64,000 nt of DNA from Octopus vulgaris (GCA_951406725.2 OX597834.1:41540001-41604000); one strand, 5' to 3'; positions 1 to 13,331 are shown, counted from the stretch's first letter. The notes: generated by a model from the letters alone, not told the origin. A program made the numbers and translations.

Positions 1-271
1 TATATGTGTGTGTGTGTGTGTATATATGTGTGTGTGTGTGTATATATGTGTGTGTGTGTATATATATGTGTGTGTGTGTGTGTATATATGTGTGTGTGTG
101 TGTATATATGTGTGTGTGTGTGTATATATATATATGTGTGTGTGTGTGTGTATATATATATGCATGTATAGAGAGAGAGGGGGAGAGAGAGACTTAATAA
201 TAATATAAGATTAAGAATTGTGTTTTGATAGTTTTTCGTTAATAATTGCATTATTTATCTTGTCTTTATAG

Positions 272-492
272 ATATCAAGTTTGAAAAGTAGAATAAGGGG
301 TCTAGAAATGGAATTGGAGGAAGCCCTTAACGGACGGGCAACTGATGCCGCGAATTACAATCTCGAGATTAATACGTTGCGTTCAGAGTTGCAGGAAATG
401 TTGAAGGAATTACAAGACTTGATGGATACTAAACTGTCCCTGGAATTGGAGATTGCAGCGTACCGCAAACTCCTTGAAGGAGAAGAGGGCAG
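272..492 (+). CDS. IF-1 exon 6 (coil 2B, helix termination motif)
   Basis: tttatag|ATA...AG|gtaaat; 221 nt; ISSLKSRIRGLE...LELEIAAYRKLLEGEEGR. Confidence 0.95.
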
Positions 493-675
493 GTAAATAA
501 TAAATATCTAGCTTTAAACAAGAATATTCTGGAAGTCTTTCCGTTCTTCCGTGGGTTTCACCTTCCGATGGAATCGTAGACACACTTTTGAGACACGCGA
601 TGAAATTAAATTCGTCTTTTAGATTTCATATGAGAGAAAGAAGGAAACAGAGAGAGGGGGAGAGGGAGAGAGAGT

Positions 676-764
<89 letters not shown>

Positions 765-765
<1 letters not shown>

Positions 766-903
766 ATTTACAAAACAATAAACAAAACAAAAGACGAAGA
801 AGACAGGTGTGTAAGCACCAAACAGCTGTATTAGTTTAACGCTCGGGAAGTGAGAAAGACTTTTACGTTTCGAGCCGACGCTCTTCACCAGAAAGGAACA
901 GAA
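765..903 (-). mobile_element. Short repeat, probably Penelope-derived (family P1), with hammerhead-like motif at 860-895
   Basis: Inverted near-copy of 2010-2110; cttt-CTGGTGA-a-GAGC..GCTC-GAAACGTA-aaag. Confidence 0.6.
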
Positions 904-1883
904 TGGGATGAGATATTCTCAGATAGTTCAAAAGTAGAGCGATCAGGTAACTGACATTGAATAACATGAAGATTCTCGCCGTTTTGCTTGCACCTCAAGA
1001 ATGATCGCGTTTGGCACATGTCATCAGTAAATATATTGTTCTGCATATACCTTGTGAAACATTAGATAACAACAGAACTGGATAGTTGAAATGCCATTGA
1101 CTGGGATTCGCGTGGGGCCATCACATTTGTAACAAAGCAGAATCTACAATGATACAGCTCAAAACTTCATCTTCTGCTCTACACCTTATTGTCACAACTG
1201 CATAGCAAACAACATCCACGTTTCTTTCCCTCCACCTCCCTATTCTCACCGTAATACACTTACACATAACGAACAAATGGAAATCACTCGCATATACTTC
1301 AAAAAGAGATTCAACATTAAAAATCATCAACAAAAGTGCAGCATATTATTCTACAACACTACAAATCACACCACAATATCACTAATAACCAATATGAACA
1401 TGGGAAACATGTCCATTAACACGTACGCACACACACACATACACACACGCTCTCACACACACACTCACACGCACAAGAATACTCACACCAAAACACACAA
1501 AATAGCGACTGAATTTTTTTACCGTTCTGAGTCACTGACATCTTTAATTTCGCATATCACAATTACCCGGTTTGTAAAATCATGGTTTGCTAGATCTGAT
1601 AGAAAAGGCAGCCAGATTTCAATATGTTCCCGCGCTACACTTTTGTGCAAGAAACGCAAATTGAACGATATATACCGACAAAGAATACGACGGGATTACC
1701 TTTTCCCAACACGAGCCTTTTCTGTCTCGGCTAAACTAAAGTTGAAACTCAACAAACCATGCCCACCTCCAACGACAGCAAATACGAAACAAACTTCATC
1801 TTGTTGGAGACGATGATTCGTTATATGTACATAGCCATTCATATCATTTGTGCCATTACATGAAATGTATTTTTCTTTTGCAG

Positions 1884-1963
1884 GGTGTCTTCAATGATGA
1901 CCAGTTTTAGTGGACTTCAAACAGAATCTGAGTCTGCACTATCAGCTGCACTCCAATCAGCAA
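1884..1963 (+). CDS. IF-1 exon 7 (rod-tail linker)
   Basis: ttttcttttgcag|G...A|gtgagt; phase 2 to 1; VSSMMTSFSGLQTESESALSAALQSA. Confidence 0.85.
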
Positions 1964-2009
1964 GTGAGTTGCATTTCTCTTCTGTATATTATATACATAT
2001 ATATATTTT

Positions 2010-2110
2010 TTAATTTCTCATTCTGTTTATTTCTGTGTTCCTTTCTGCTGAAGAGCGTAGGCTCGAAACGTAAAAGTCTTTCTCACTTCCCGAGCGTTAA
2101 ACTAATACAC
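2010..2110 (+). mobile_element. Short repeat, probably Penelope-derived (family P1), with hammerhead-like motif at 2041-2076
   Basis: Matches 765-903 in the opposite orientation. Confidence 0.6.
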
Positions 2111-2499
2111 ACGCTTTACATAGTTTTTATATAATTTTTCATATGTCGACCGGTTTCGCTTTCGCTGTTCATGATATAATGGTTTACTTATTTGAATATG
2201 TATTTTCTTAAGAAGAAATTTTGTCCATGTTGTGTTTGTGATGATATTTACGAGTGAATGACTACATAAGTAGAAAAATAAGGGGAGGTAATTTGTTATC
2301 GTTATTATTGTTATTGTTGTGGGCAAGGGTGTTAACTGTTCAGCTTTCTGTAAGGGGAGGGGAATATATATGTACATGCAAAAAAGAAGTTTCGAAAAAC
2401 TTGTTTAGTGAGGGGATTTATGTACGGAGATGTAATCGGGAATTAAAATATGTAAAAAGATAACAGTTGGTTATGCATGCATATTAAGACGTGTTCTGT

Positions 2500-2815
2500 A
2501 TTTTTCAATGAAAAAAGTTTCTTTATTTAAACGTTCTTGTGGAGAGATTGTGTTTTTGCACTAGTAGAAAGGGAAGACTGTGAAATTTGGTGTTTGATGT
2601 TATCTGCATATTTTTCTATATGTTCAGTGAAATGAATTTGCCTGTATTGCGGGAAACGGATTTGCTCTTTACGTAGAGTGGTTCTCTTTCTCAAGGTCAT
2701 ACTTTTCTGGCCAATGTAGCTGTGCCTGCAACCCGAGCAGGTTATTACATAAATTAGGTTCTCAGAGATACAAGGGAAGCTAGCTTTAATTGTGAACATA
2801 TGTCCTTGTTTGAAT
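2500..2815 (-). mobile_element. Penelope-like element fragment, GIY-YIG endonuclease
   Basis: ORF 2527-2877 contains CISENLIYVITCSGCRHSYIGQKSMTLRKR (GIY-YIG with CxxC spacer). Confidence 0.8.
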
Positions 2816-3102
2816 ATATGTATATATATATCCTGTACCTCTTCATATACACATACATATGCATAGTTTGTATACAAACGTATATGTAAAGTATGTGTAT
2901 AAATGTCTATGTATATATGTATATATCTATATTTTTCAAATAAAATATGAGAAATCAGACATGTTCATCAATTCTAAATCCTACAATATAAACGAAGCAA
3001 AAGCAGTAATTGTGATATATTTAATGCATCTCTCATCAAAACGTTCAAAACCGAAGCAATACTAAAAATATTCACTATCGAAACAATATATATGTACACG
3101 TA

Positions 3103-3325
3103 AGCGTAGGAGTGGCTGTGTGGTAAGTAGCTTGCTTACCAACCACATGGTTCCAGGTTCAGTCCCACTGCGTGGAACCTTGGACAAGTGTCTTCTACTA
3201 TAGCCTCGGGCCGACCAAAGCCTTGTGAGTGGATTTGGTAGACGGAAACTGAAAGAAACCCGTCGTATATATGTATATATATATGTATATATATATGTAT
3301 ATATATATATATGTATATATATATG

Positions 3326-3390
<65 letters not shown>

Positions 3391-3620
3391 GTGTATATGT
3401 TTGTGTATCTGTGTTTGTCCCCCCAACATTGCTTGACAACCAATGCTGGTGTGTTTACGTCCTCGTAACCTAGCGGTTCGGCAATAAGAAACCGATAGAA
3501 TAAGTACTAGGCTTACAAAGAATAAGTCAAGGGGTTGATTTGATCGATTTAAAGGCGGTGCTCCAGCATGGCCACAGTCACATGACTGAAACAAGTAAAA
3601 GAATAAAGAATAAAAGAGAG
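3103..3620 (+). mobile_element. SINE family A (tRNA-like head, internal TA/TG microsatellite, (gagtaaaa)n tail)
   Basis: A-box-like GGAGTGGCTGTGTGG and B-box-like GGTTCAGTCCC; more than 10 related copies in this window. Confidence 0.9.
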
Positions 3621-3722
3621 TATGTATCTATATATATATGTATGTATGTGTGTATATATATATATATATATTTGTATGTGTAAATATTTATATATGGTAT
3701 ACCTCGACATTTTCTTTACCAG

Positions 3723-3826
3723 GCAGAATGACTATCAGCCGCTCTAAAAGTGGCTCCGTATCTATCCTTGAATTGGAATCCGAAGGTAGATATATTGAAC
3801 TTGAAGACAATCCTAAGTTTCCAAAG
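3723..3826 (+). CDS. IF-1 exon 8 (lamin tail domain start)
   Basis: tttctttaccag|GC...AAG|gtgagc; RMTISRSKSGSVSILELESEGRYIELEDNPKFPK. Confidence 0.92.
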
Positions 3827-4219
3827 GTGAGCGAACTGGCATCCTATATCATCCAATTGTCTCTTTTGATTTGCTGACATACATCATTCGAAAGCGGGTC
3901 CAATTCCGTATTAACAACGTTTCCACATGGATACATTAAGTCGACCAAACGTTAACATCCACTAGTATTTTTCTTTGCTTGATTACTATGCACATTTGTA
4001 GTAATTTGTGCTTCTGTAACTCTTCGGTAACGCTGCCTTATATAAACGGGAGGAAATCTTCATCCACACACCCTTCCAAACATACATATGAAAACGTGGA
4101 CATCTATTTTGCCTCTGTTAAATCCAGTGATATATTCAGTATTCATATAATTTGTTATGATTATAAAATCTTATTTTACCTATCGAATATTGCATATTCT
4201 ATTCTCTTTTTAATCGTAG

Positions 4220-4330
4220 GGATCAACAAACCTGAAAAACTGGACATTGATCCAATCTCAAGACAATGGCAAGACCTTCACCCATAAATTTACGGATGGT
4301 AACCTGTTTAGTTCTGGTAAAATGATCAAG
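4220..4330 (+). CDS. IF-1 exon 9 (lamin tail domain)
   Basis: cgtag|GGA...AAG|gtaagt; 111 nt; GSTNLKNWTLIQSQDNGKTFTHKFTDGNLFSSGKMIK. Confidence 0.92.
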
Positions 4331-5164
4331 GTAAGTTTGTATTTGTTCTAAAAGTCATTATTATTTTTATAATGTTTATTAACTAAATATTAGATATTAA
4401 AAGCACCAGTTTAAATCGAGAAAGGAGAACGCGACCGAGAAACGAGAATAGTCTCGTATCTATCGATTGCCAGGACTCGACATTCCCCATGACAATGTAA
4501 AGCAATATTAGTTATATTGTTCCTGTTATGTTAACTGTTATAATTTACTTCGATTGCATCTGACCAGGTAAGCATGGGAAAGTTGATGTTAAATTATTCC
4601 AAATGACGATGATTACGACGAAGATGATGATGAAGACGAGGAGGAGCGTGTCTTCAAATTATGCTTATATTAATTAAATAAAAAACTATTAGGAGTTAAT
4701 TCATAATGGATACCACACGGTAACTATGGTCAAAGAGCCTGTTGCTAATCATTCCGTGTATTGGCAAAATTGTTAGAGCAGCGGAAAAAAACACGTAGTG
4801 TTATTTATTCCATCCTTGTACTTACTTAGATCAAATCCCGCCGATAAATGAAATGAAGTTCTAATCAAGTAGTTAGATCGATAACATCGATAGACAACCT
4901 ACCTACTAATGCTTCAAATGTTTTGCCCAGGCAGAATCATTTGGGTATAAGAAAAATACCATTTGGTACTTGCTTTCCAGCTCTTTATTTTGTATCTTCA
5001 AATCCCGCTGCAATCAACTTTCCCGTCAACCACTTTGAGTTTATAAAATAAAGTACAAATGATGAACTCTTGTTCAAAGTTCTGACATTGTGTCTAAGTT
5101 ACAAGCAAATATTAGGTTTGTTGATGATGTTGCTACTGTACTTAATTCTTTTATCCATATCTAG

Positions 5165-5278
5165 GTTTGGGGATCAAGACACGGTGCTGGTCAAGGTGGC
5201 GTCACATCTTCCGATGTCACTGAATGGGGAACAATGGCCGTGCCATGCACAGTTACTTTGATAGACGACAAAGGCAAG
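5165..5278 (+). CDS. IF-1 exon 10 (lamin tail domain)
   Basis: atctag|GTT...AAG|gtaagg; 114 nt; VWGSRHGAGQGGVTSSDVTEWGTMAVPCTVTLIDDKGK. Confidence 0.92.
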
Positions 5279-6079
5279 GTAAGGTGTCCTAATTCGTTGC
5301 TATATTACTCATTTTCTCTCCCATATTTCTCCCTATAGCTCTTGAGTACGTTTCCCTTTCTAATTCCATGCACTTCGAGAGTTAATATGAGAACATCTAT
5401 CTAGCCATTTGACCCGGGCTGCTTTCAGTAATATCCATATCTCCCTGGCACGACCGAATCTGTAACGGAAATATGCTAGTACCATTTCGATATTCCTTCT
5501 CCAACAAGCTTAATATCCAAAAGCTTACGGGTATCAAGAGTAAGTAATAAAACTGATACAGTTCACTGATTTAAGTCACAGGAGGAATGTGACCTTAGAA
5601 CTTGCAAATGTTTCATGACCTCGCTGTATGGCGTTTAATAAATGCTTTCTGTCGACATGACTTGGAGAGAGACGTTATATCTTCCAGTATCAATATATTT
5701 GATACTTTTAAAAATTGTGATATGTTTTTGTTTCAGTACACAATCAAATTACTAGTCTATATGGAACATCGAATACCGATAAATAGAACGCATTTTGATT
5801 CACATGTGAAAGAAATCAAGTAGAGTTAAAATAGCTTATAAAATGTTTCATTTTAACTTGCTAGCTTAAAGAGCAGAGACAGAATATTTTTTGACTTCCG
5901 GTCAATACTGAAACGCGTATGTATAGTTTCATAATAAACACGCCAGATTGTACTATCCGAACAAAACTACAGGGTTAGTTGGAGGTGGGGCGGGGGGAAC
6001 TAAACTCCTTAATAATTTATAAATCTTCTTCATTATTCATTGGTTTCTCAATATTCTTCTTTTTTTTGTTACTTTGCAG

Positions 6080-6115
6080 GAAAGCGCTAAACTAGTTATC
6101 AAAACAAATATGTGA
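6080..6115 (+). CDS. IF-1 exon 11 (terminal coding exon)
   Basis: Long pyrimidine tract, tttgcag|GAA; ESAKLVIKTNM* with TGA at 6113-6115. Confidence 0.88.
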   Translation, partial: ESAKLVIKTNM

Positions 6116-6446
6116 AGAACGTAATTTGTCCTGCCGAACTTGTGTGCATGTTGTCTTCGCTGAAAAGTCACCGTTTTTTTTTGTTGCAGTTAGCACCAAG
6201 TTTCAGAAAGTCCCTTATTAATAATAATAGCTTCAGTTATTAAAAAAAAAACTAATTCTAATATAAACTTCTAAACACTTCAAATTTACTGTTTAATTTT
6301 TTTTTACATGATTCTCAAAAATTTAAGCTAATTATAAAGATGATGAGTAAATTCAGTTGTCAATATAAAAATGTGTTGTAACATTGATACACAATTATCA
6401 AATATCAACAAACACTTCAGCTTGATACCTCTATAATCATGGTTTC

Positions 6447-6541
6447 AATAAAGGCTGTTAGTGAAGTTACCTAGATACTATGACAAGCAATGTACCGTTT
6501 GTTTTGCTATCAGATGTTTTAATGGTATTTCACTCAATAAA
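6447..6541 (+). terminator. Candidate polyadenylation signals of IF-1
   Basis: AATAAA at 6447-6452 and 6536-6541, 330-420 nt after the stop codon. Confidence 0.5.
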
Positions 6542-6637
6542 AACTAAAAATGTATGCAATACAAAAAAAAAAAAAAAAATGCAACTGTATTTTGGGAAAA
6601 TATAATTAAAATTCTTAGCATTATTTTTTGTTTTATT

Positions 6638-6815
6638 AAGGCGGCGAGCTGGCAGAATCGTTAGCGCATTGTGAGTTCAGATTCCGCCGAGGTCGACTTT
6701 ACCTCTCATGCTTTCGGGTTCGATAAAATAAGTACCAGTCTAACACCGGTGTCGATATAATTGACTCATCCCCTCCCGCAAAATTACACCCCTTGTGGCA
6801 AAATTTGCAACCGTT
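6638..6815 (+). mobile_element. SINE family B (aggcggcgagctggcagaa... head)
   Basis: Shares gagttcaaattccgccgaggtcgactttgcctttcatcctttcggggtcgat with many copies. Confidence 0.8.
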
Positions 6816-7151
6816 ATTCTTTATTCAATTAACAACCTTGTACTTTGTAATTCGATTTTGAGGTTCTTTTCGCTATATTGTATGAAAAGAAGGCAATAAA
6901 ATCTTATTAAATAAATTATTTTCTTATATTGATTTATTCATCGTTAAATCGTCTCATTCTTATAGAATGGATTAGAGCTTCAGTGTCGTTATTTTATGTC
7001 ATTTTATGTTCAAATTAAAATCTCATGGACGTCAACCTTGCCCTTCGTCCCGCATGTGCCGATACAACAAGACACCAATCAAGGGGCTTGATCTCATTTC
7101 ACAAAAACTTCAACAAATATTTTCTAAATTATTTTCAGGTTGACTTCATAG

Positions 7152-7565
7152 TTTACTCTTTTACTCTTTTACTTCTTTCAGTCATTTGACTGTGGCCATG
7201 CTGGAGCACCATCTTTTAGTCGAGCAAATCGACCCCAGGACTTATTCTTTGTAAGCCTAGTACTTATTCTATCGGTCACTTTTGACGAACCGCTAAGTTA
7301 CGGGGACGTAAACACACCAGCATCGGTTGTCAAGCGATGTTGGGGGGACAAACACAGACACACAAACACGCACACACATATATATACATATATACATATA
7401 TACGACGGGCTTCTTTCAGTTTCCGTCTACCAAATCCACTCACAAGGCTTTGGTCGGCCCGAGGTTATAGTAGAAGACACTTACCCAAGGTGCCACGCAG
7501 TGGGAATGAACCCGGAACCATGTGGTTGATAAGCAAGCTACTTACCACACAGCCACTCCTACGCG
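7152..7565 (-). mobile_element. SINE family A
   Basis: Reverse complement of 3103-3620. Confidence 0.9.
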
Positions 7566-8295
7566 TTTATGGACGGAATTTAGCCAACAGATATGTAGAA
7601 GGAGTTCTCTTACGTGTGCGTTTGTAATCAAGGAACAGGAGATTGCCACAAAGTATATGGTTAACAAAAGAGACAGTGACGCTCTTGTAATCCCAAGGTG
7701 CAACCGCATGTTTAGCTATGTGATGGAAGACATTACGCATGTGATTAGCAGCTGTCCTAAAATGTCATCACGGTACTATCACCCAATGCGACACGATGTT
7801 GTTGCTAAAACAATGTACAATGCCATCCGCAAAAAAAAACCCCTGTCCTGAAATAAACTTAGAAAATCCCTCTGTTATGGAATACATTCATAAACACCAA
7901 CTCAAAGAATACTGGTTGAATATTCCCGTCAAAACTTCTGCCACTTGTAAGCATAACAGGCCAGGTATTGTTGTTTGGGACAGAGGGCCAAAGGTATGTA
8001 CCATCAAAGAGGTTAGCTGCCCTGCAGATATAAATATCTCTTTGAAAATCAAAGAAAAAAGGAAAGCTATGGACAACTGCTTTGGAACCTCCAGCTTCTA
8101 TATCTAGACAATGAATTCATATTCATACCTGTAATAATTGGAGCGTTAAGTTTTGTTAGTAAATGCTTAAAGGAGAATCTGGATAAACTGGAATTTTCAG
8201 AAAGAGGAATTGACCGGCTGATTCGTACATTACAAGTCAAATCTGTGAGTGGAACAGTGAAAATATGCAAGACTTTTCACAAGTTCCATATGTGA
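7566..8295 (+). mobile_element. 3' fragment of a non-LTR retrotransposon with restriction-like endonuclease (R2/R4/Dong type)
   Basis: Frameshifted EDITHVISSCPK...RHDVVAK and HNRPGIVVWDR..EVSCP (zinc knuckle, RHD and PD-(D/E)xK region). Confidence 0.8.
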
Positions 8296-8470
8296 ATTTC
8301 TCTGTGTTAACTACATCCCAAAGATCTTGTAGCTTTGTGGGAAACTGGCTTCCTACTCAGTGGAAGCTTTATAGTAATTAAAAAATAGAAGAGACACACA
8401 TATACATACATACATACATACATACATACATACATACATACACGCATACATACATACATACATACATACA

Positions 8471-8501
<31 letters not shown>

Positions 8502-9480
8502 GCATATATATTAATGTTCTGTTATTTGTGGGATCACTAGAAATACACTCCGTCCAGTGAGAGATAAATACCATCGTATATACTCAGTATTTGAATTCGT
8601 GCTACTATTCGTTTCATACTGTGCAAACACTATAAACTGGCAAGATTACATAATATGCCCTTGTGTTTCCAAGAAATTTGTCACACTGAAGTATACAAGA
8701 TAACAGGTCTTTATTTAAAAAAAAAAAAACGAGAAACGACGCCGGTGTTCGAGAAAGCACAAGAAACAAGGGAACGTCGAAAGCAAAAAGTGGAATGAGA
8801 AAACAAAGCAAAATGTGGAATGAAAAACGAAAACGAAACGAAGATTATGAGTTGCGTCTTAACGCCTGTTCGAATCAGAATTGATATGGTTGGTGTAAAT
8901 TACTTCAACGGAAACGTTTCTATAACTGTATGCCTGATCCGGTGTGAGTGTTGTCATGTGGTTTCACAAAAGAATATGCATTCATTTATGTAAACACCTA
9001 ATCTGGAATTTAGTATGTCCGTGGGGTTTTTAAATCTAAAAAGAATATGAGTTCTTTCGGCTGCACAAGGCCTGCACTTCCTTGATCCAGTAACGTATGG
9101 CGTGGATCGTTGCATGATGCTCCATTTGAAGCTGTGTGCTACGCAGTTGGTCTACTGATCCCAGGTATGTCGTGCGAACATTGTGGTTTTCTTCTTATCT
9201 ACGTGTCGGAAAGAAGATTGGTGGTAGGTTAGCCTTAAATTCAAACTACATTTTTCTTATGAACCAGAGGACACCACCCTCTCCGGATTAGCCATGCAGT
9301 CTCACTGACTTTGATCTTCTCCTCGTGGAATTAATTTAAACCAAATTTAATTCAAAGGGACGCAACTCTATGTTTTCTTCTTTCCTTCCTTTTTCCTCAT
9401 TCCTCTTTTTACATTTCTTCTTATTCCACTTATGATTTTGACACACTCTCGGGTTTTCTCGTGTTTTCTCAATGACCAAC

Positions 9481-9890
9481 AGAAATAGGTAATTCGTCTG
9501 CCGCTACGTTCTGAGTTCGTATTCCGCCGAGGTCGACTTTGCCTTTCATCCTTTCGGGGTCAATAAATTAAGTACCAGTTATGCACTGGGGTAGAGCTAA
9601 TCGACTGCCACCCCCCTGCTCCAAAATTTCGGACCTTGTAGCTAGAGTAGAAAGGAATATAAGAAATAAGCAACTTGTAAGTCGGTAAGCTGGTAGAATT
9701 GTGAAGCCCGCCGGGCAAAATGCATTAAGAGTATGTCACCCGTCTTTAAGTTCTGAGTTCAAATTATGCCGAGGTCAACTTTTCCTTTCATCCTTTCGGG
9801 GTCAAAAAAATAAGTACTACTGTGTTGACGTAATCTACTTAACACTCTCCCCAAAATTGCTGGCCTTGTACCAAAATTTGAAACCAATAT
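9481..9890 (+). mobile_element. Two adjacent SINE family B copies
   Basis: Core motif repeated at ~9510 and ~9752. Confidence 0.75.
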
Positions 9891-10109
9891 AAGCAATTTG
9901 TTACATTGTTCTTCAGAGAAATAGAAGAAAAACAAACAAACAACGGCAAATGTTGATTGGACACAAAATAACCGCATAAAAGCGCAATAAACATGTATTG
10001 TTTGAAAATACATTTGAAAAATATAATCTAACCCCTAATTATGGTGCTGGGGTCATTTACACTCAGCTTTTGGCCGCATTATTTAATGTGTTGTTTAACT
10101 TGACGTATG

Positions 10110-10393
10110 TGAGGGTGCATGGCTCAGTGGTTAGAGCATTGGGCTTACGATCGTGAGGTTGTGAGTTCGATTCCGGACCGGGCTGTGTTCAATTCTTGAA
10201 AAAGACAGGAGTGGCTGTGAGGCGCAGGAGGGGCTGTGCTGTAGGTAGCTTGCTAACCAACCACATGGTTTCGGGTTCAGTCCCACTGCGTGGCATCTTG
10301 GGCAAGTGTCTTCTGCTATAGCCCCGGGCCGACCAATGCCTTCTGAGTGGATTTAGTAGACGGAAATCGAAAGAAGCCTGTCGTATATATATG

Positions 10394-10430
<37 letters not shown>

Positions 10431-10930
10431 TTCTGTGTTTGTCCCCCTAGCATTGCTTGACAACCGATGCTGGTGTGTTAACGTCCCCGTCACATAGCGG
10501 TTCGGCAAAAGAGACCGATAGAATAAGTACTAGGCTTACAAAGAATAAATCCCGGGGTCGATTTGCTCGACTAAAGGCGGTGCTCCAGCATGGCCGCAGC
10601 CACATGACTGATACAAGTAAAAGAGTAAAAGAGTAAGACACTCTATTTCACGTTGCTCTAGTTCACTCAGATGTAGAAATGAGTTGCGACGTCACTGATC
10701 AGCTTTTCGCCTTTGCATGAAGAGGGGAGACTGGCAAGCATGGGCGACTGCTGGTCTTCCACTAAACAACTTTATCTGGACTTGTGCCTCGGACAGGAAC
10801 TTTCTTGGCGATGGCGTGAAAAGGGGAAACTGGTATGCATGGGCGACTGCTGATCTTGCACAAAACAACCTTGCCTGGGCTTGTGTCTCAGGGAGGAACT
10901 TTCTAGGTACGACTCCATGGCCATTCGTTA
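10110..10930 (+). mobile_element. SINE family D (tRNA-like head) interrupted by a SINE A copy (10207-10634)
   Basis: GCATGGCTCAGTGGTTAGAGC...GAGTTCGATTCC head; AAGAC duplicated around the insert; ~99-bp internal duplication 10723/10822; related copy at 62410-62718 (-). Confidence 0.8.
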
Positions 10931-12552
10931 CGGAAGCGGGTCTGTACCCAGTTTTACTCGACGTAAACCCTAGCTGAGCAGAATTATAATGAAAGAAATT
11001 CCATCCGTGACCAGCATTTTCTTTTTCATTCAGATATAGTGTATCGAAGACCATGCTAACCAATATGCCCTGGTTACTGTTGGTATTTTTGTTAAGCTCC
11101 AGGTCATCGTGCACCGAGTTGATCTTTGAGAGACTGTTTTCAGGCCGTGACTATCAAGTTCTTTTTATTTTTCTGGAAGAGTCAATTGTGGATAAATCTA
11201 CCTAATTTTTCTTGTCTTTCGTAAAATGGTGGCTTTATGTTTGAAAGATATTTTTCCTACTTTAAGTCCGGCGCATTTCACTTCCTCCCAGAATACTCAG
11301 TCGGCAAACGTCAAGTTCACGAAGAAGCTGGGCCAATAGTCCGCATTGGTACCGAATTAAACGTTCCGGGTAGCGATGTAAGCTTTTGGTTTGGCGTTCA
11401 GAATCGAACTCTTCACCAAGGGCTGGGCAACCTCTCCGCTCTGCCTCATTCCCGTCACTTGGAAAAGGTAATGTCATACTCCTTTTGCCGTGTGTTGTCA
11501 ACAATTTTTCGGCGATTATAGTTTTCTGCACATGAGTGTTTTCCTCGCTGGTTCTGGTAAGAGGTTGATAGCCCTTTGACCACCCCCTTCCTTTCGTTTC
11601 CTTTCTTGGGACCGGCATTAGGGGAGTTGTTTGAGAGAGAACTGGTTGCTATTTCTAACATGTTGCGCATCGAGGAGGAATTCATGTTATTAACTCAAAC
11701 TAAATTGCTGTTTAGCCGACGTCACCTCTGAGCCAAATGACCTTTGATAAGAGCTTTCCGTGCTTGGATATCCGTAATACCTAATCAGTCATAAATTAAG
11801 GTAGAGAATTGAGAGATTTAAGGGAGATTTTGTTGCTGTTTCTAGCAGATCAAGCAAGACTGTAAAACCTTCCTCCGTTGGCTCCAAATATGTTTTAGTC
11901 TGAAGGTAACGATATCCACCTATGAGCAAATGTAGGTGGGTAATTGGATACAGACACGATTAATCGATACGCCGTTGACAAGTGAAGCGTAAACAAGAAT
12001 TTCTTACGTTACATGATTTCCTTTCTTCATTCTCTTTATTTTACACACACACACACACACAAACACACACATACACACACACACACATACACACACACAC
12101 ATATATATATATATACATATATATACATACATATATATACATATATATACATATATATACATATATATCTCAATGCTATATAAGTTCGAAGAATCTTATT
12201 TAGTTAAAAAGAGCAAATAAATATGTCCGAAATAATTTTAATTTGAATATATATATATATACATATATATACATATATATATATGTATATCCCACATACT
12301 TTTCTTTTCCATCAAAACCTCGGAATATCTTATCCTTTCTTTGTTTCGTTTGCACAAGCCATATCACCATTCTTTACTCTCCTCCCCTGTCTCTCTTTTT
12401 CTTCCCTCCCTCTCTCTTTCTTTCTCTGTCTGTCTGTCTGTCTCTCTGTCTTTGTAAACAAATGCCAATTTTAACTATCAGTCAAATTTCACTCACATTC
12501 TTTTACCGCTCTCACTGTAAGTCATCTTTGTTATTTCTTAGGAGTGACAACG

Positions 12553-12586
12553 CATAAAACTCGGGTACATAGCAGTTAGGTCAGTG
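12553..12586 (+). promoter_or_regulatory. Candidate core promoter of IF-2
   Basis: CATAAAA at 12553-12559 lies 30 nt upstream of the A in an Inr-like TCAGTG (12581-12586). An alternative TATAAA is at 12619-12624. Confidence 0.4.
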
Positions 12587-12668
12587 TATGAAATCTTTTA
12601 TTCAAGAAACTTCTTCAGTATAAATTCCAATATACAAATTTCCATTTTACATCGATGTTTAAATAACA

Positions 12669-12722
<54 letters not shown>

Positions 12723-12725
12723 ATA

Positions 12726-13153
12726 ATGGCAATGGAAAAAAGTCCTTACCGGTCGACTGTCAGAAAAATTTCCGGCGTCAGAAGGCATCCTGCATCGATC
12801 AACACTCTTCAAACTCCAATAGTCTTGGAGAGTGGGTTAGCAACACTATGTTCCCAAGAAAGTATTTCTAAGATAAAAAATGCTAACCAACATGAAAGGA
12901 AAGAAATACGAGGTTTGAACGATAAACTTGCCAATCACATTGAAAAGGTACGTTTCTTAGAGGCTGAGAACACATATTTTAAGGATCTCTTATGGAACAG
13001 CAACCATAGCTTAAATATTGGTATAATCAAGAATTCGTATCATGCTGAGATGGGCATCTTGAAAGCAGACATACGGGGGAAGGATATTAAACTTGCAGCC
13101 TTACAATCTAAAGAGGAATCGCTAGAAGAAGAAGTCGATTATTTGTGCGCTCA
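12726..13153 (+). CDS. IF-2 exon 1 (head, coil 1A, start of coil 1B)
   Basis: ATAATGG start context; ERKEIRGLNDKLANHIEKVRFLEAEN; CA|gtaagt donor, phase 2. Confidence 0.93.
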
Positions 13154-13331
13154 GTAAGTAGTGACTTGTCTTTCTATGTCTAATCGCTTACCCCGGTATG
13201 GAGCCTAAGTTTCCGTTAACATATTTTAACTGTTTTCATATACATACTGTTCTTTGGATCTGTTAACTGGTGCTATATATAGGTATATTTGTATATATGC
13301 ATATATGCACGTGTGTGTATGCATGTATGTA

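Larger units (their letters stand above)
272..6115 (+). other. IF-1: cytoplasmic intermediate filament gene, 3' part (exons 6-11; 5' exons lie upstream of the window)
   Basis: Six GT-AG exons (272-492, 1884-1963, 3723-3826, 4220-4330, 5165-5278, 6080-6115) splice in frame into 221 aa: coil 2B end LELEIAAYRKLLEGEE plus a lamin-tail-like domain. Ends KTNM*, so no CaaX. Confidence 0.92.

Noticed and set aside
1277-1816. 179-aa ORF
   Set aside because: Intronic, includes a (CA)n tract, no recognisable motif or phase-compatible splice sites.
6563-6579. Poly(A) tract after IF-1 AATAAA suggesting a retrocopy
   Set aside because: The gene has introns; genomic A-runs are common here, though this one may cause internal oligo-dT priming.
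11000-11700. Overlapping ORFs that might be a LINE ORF1 remnant
   Set aside because: Multiple stops and no motif I can identify; left unannotated.
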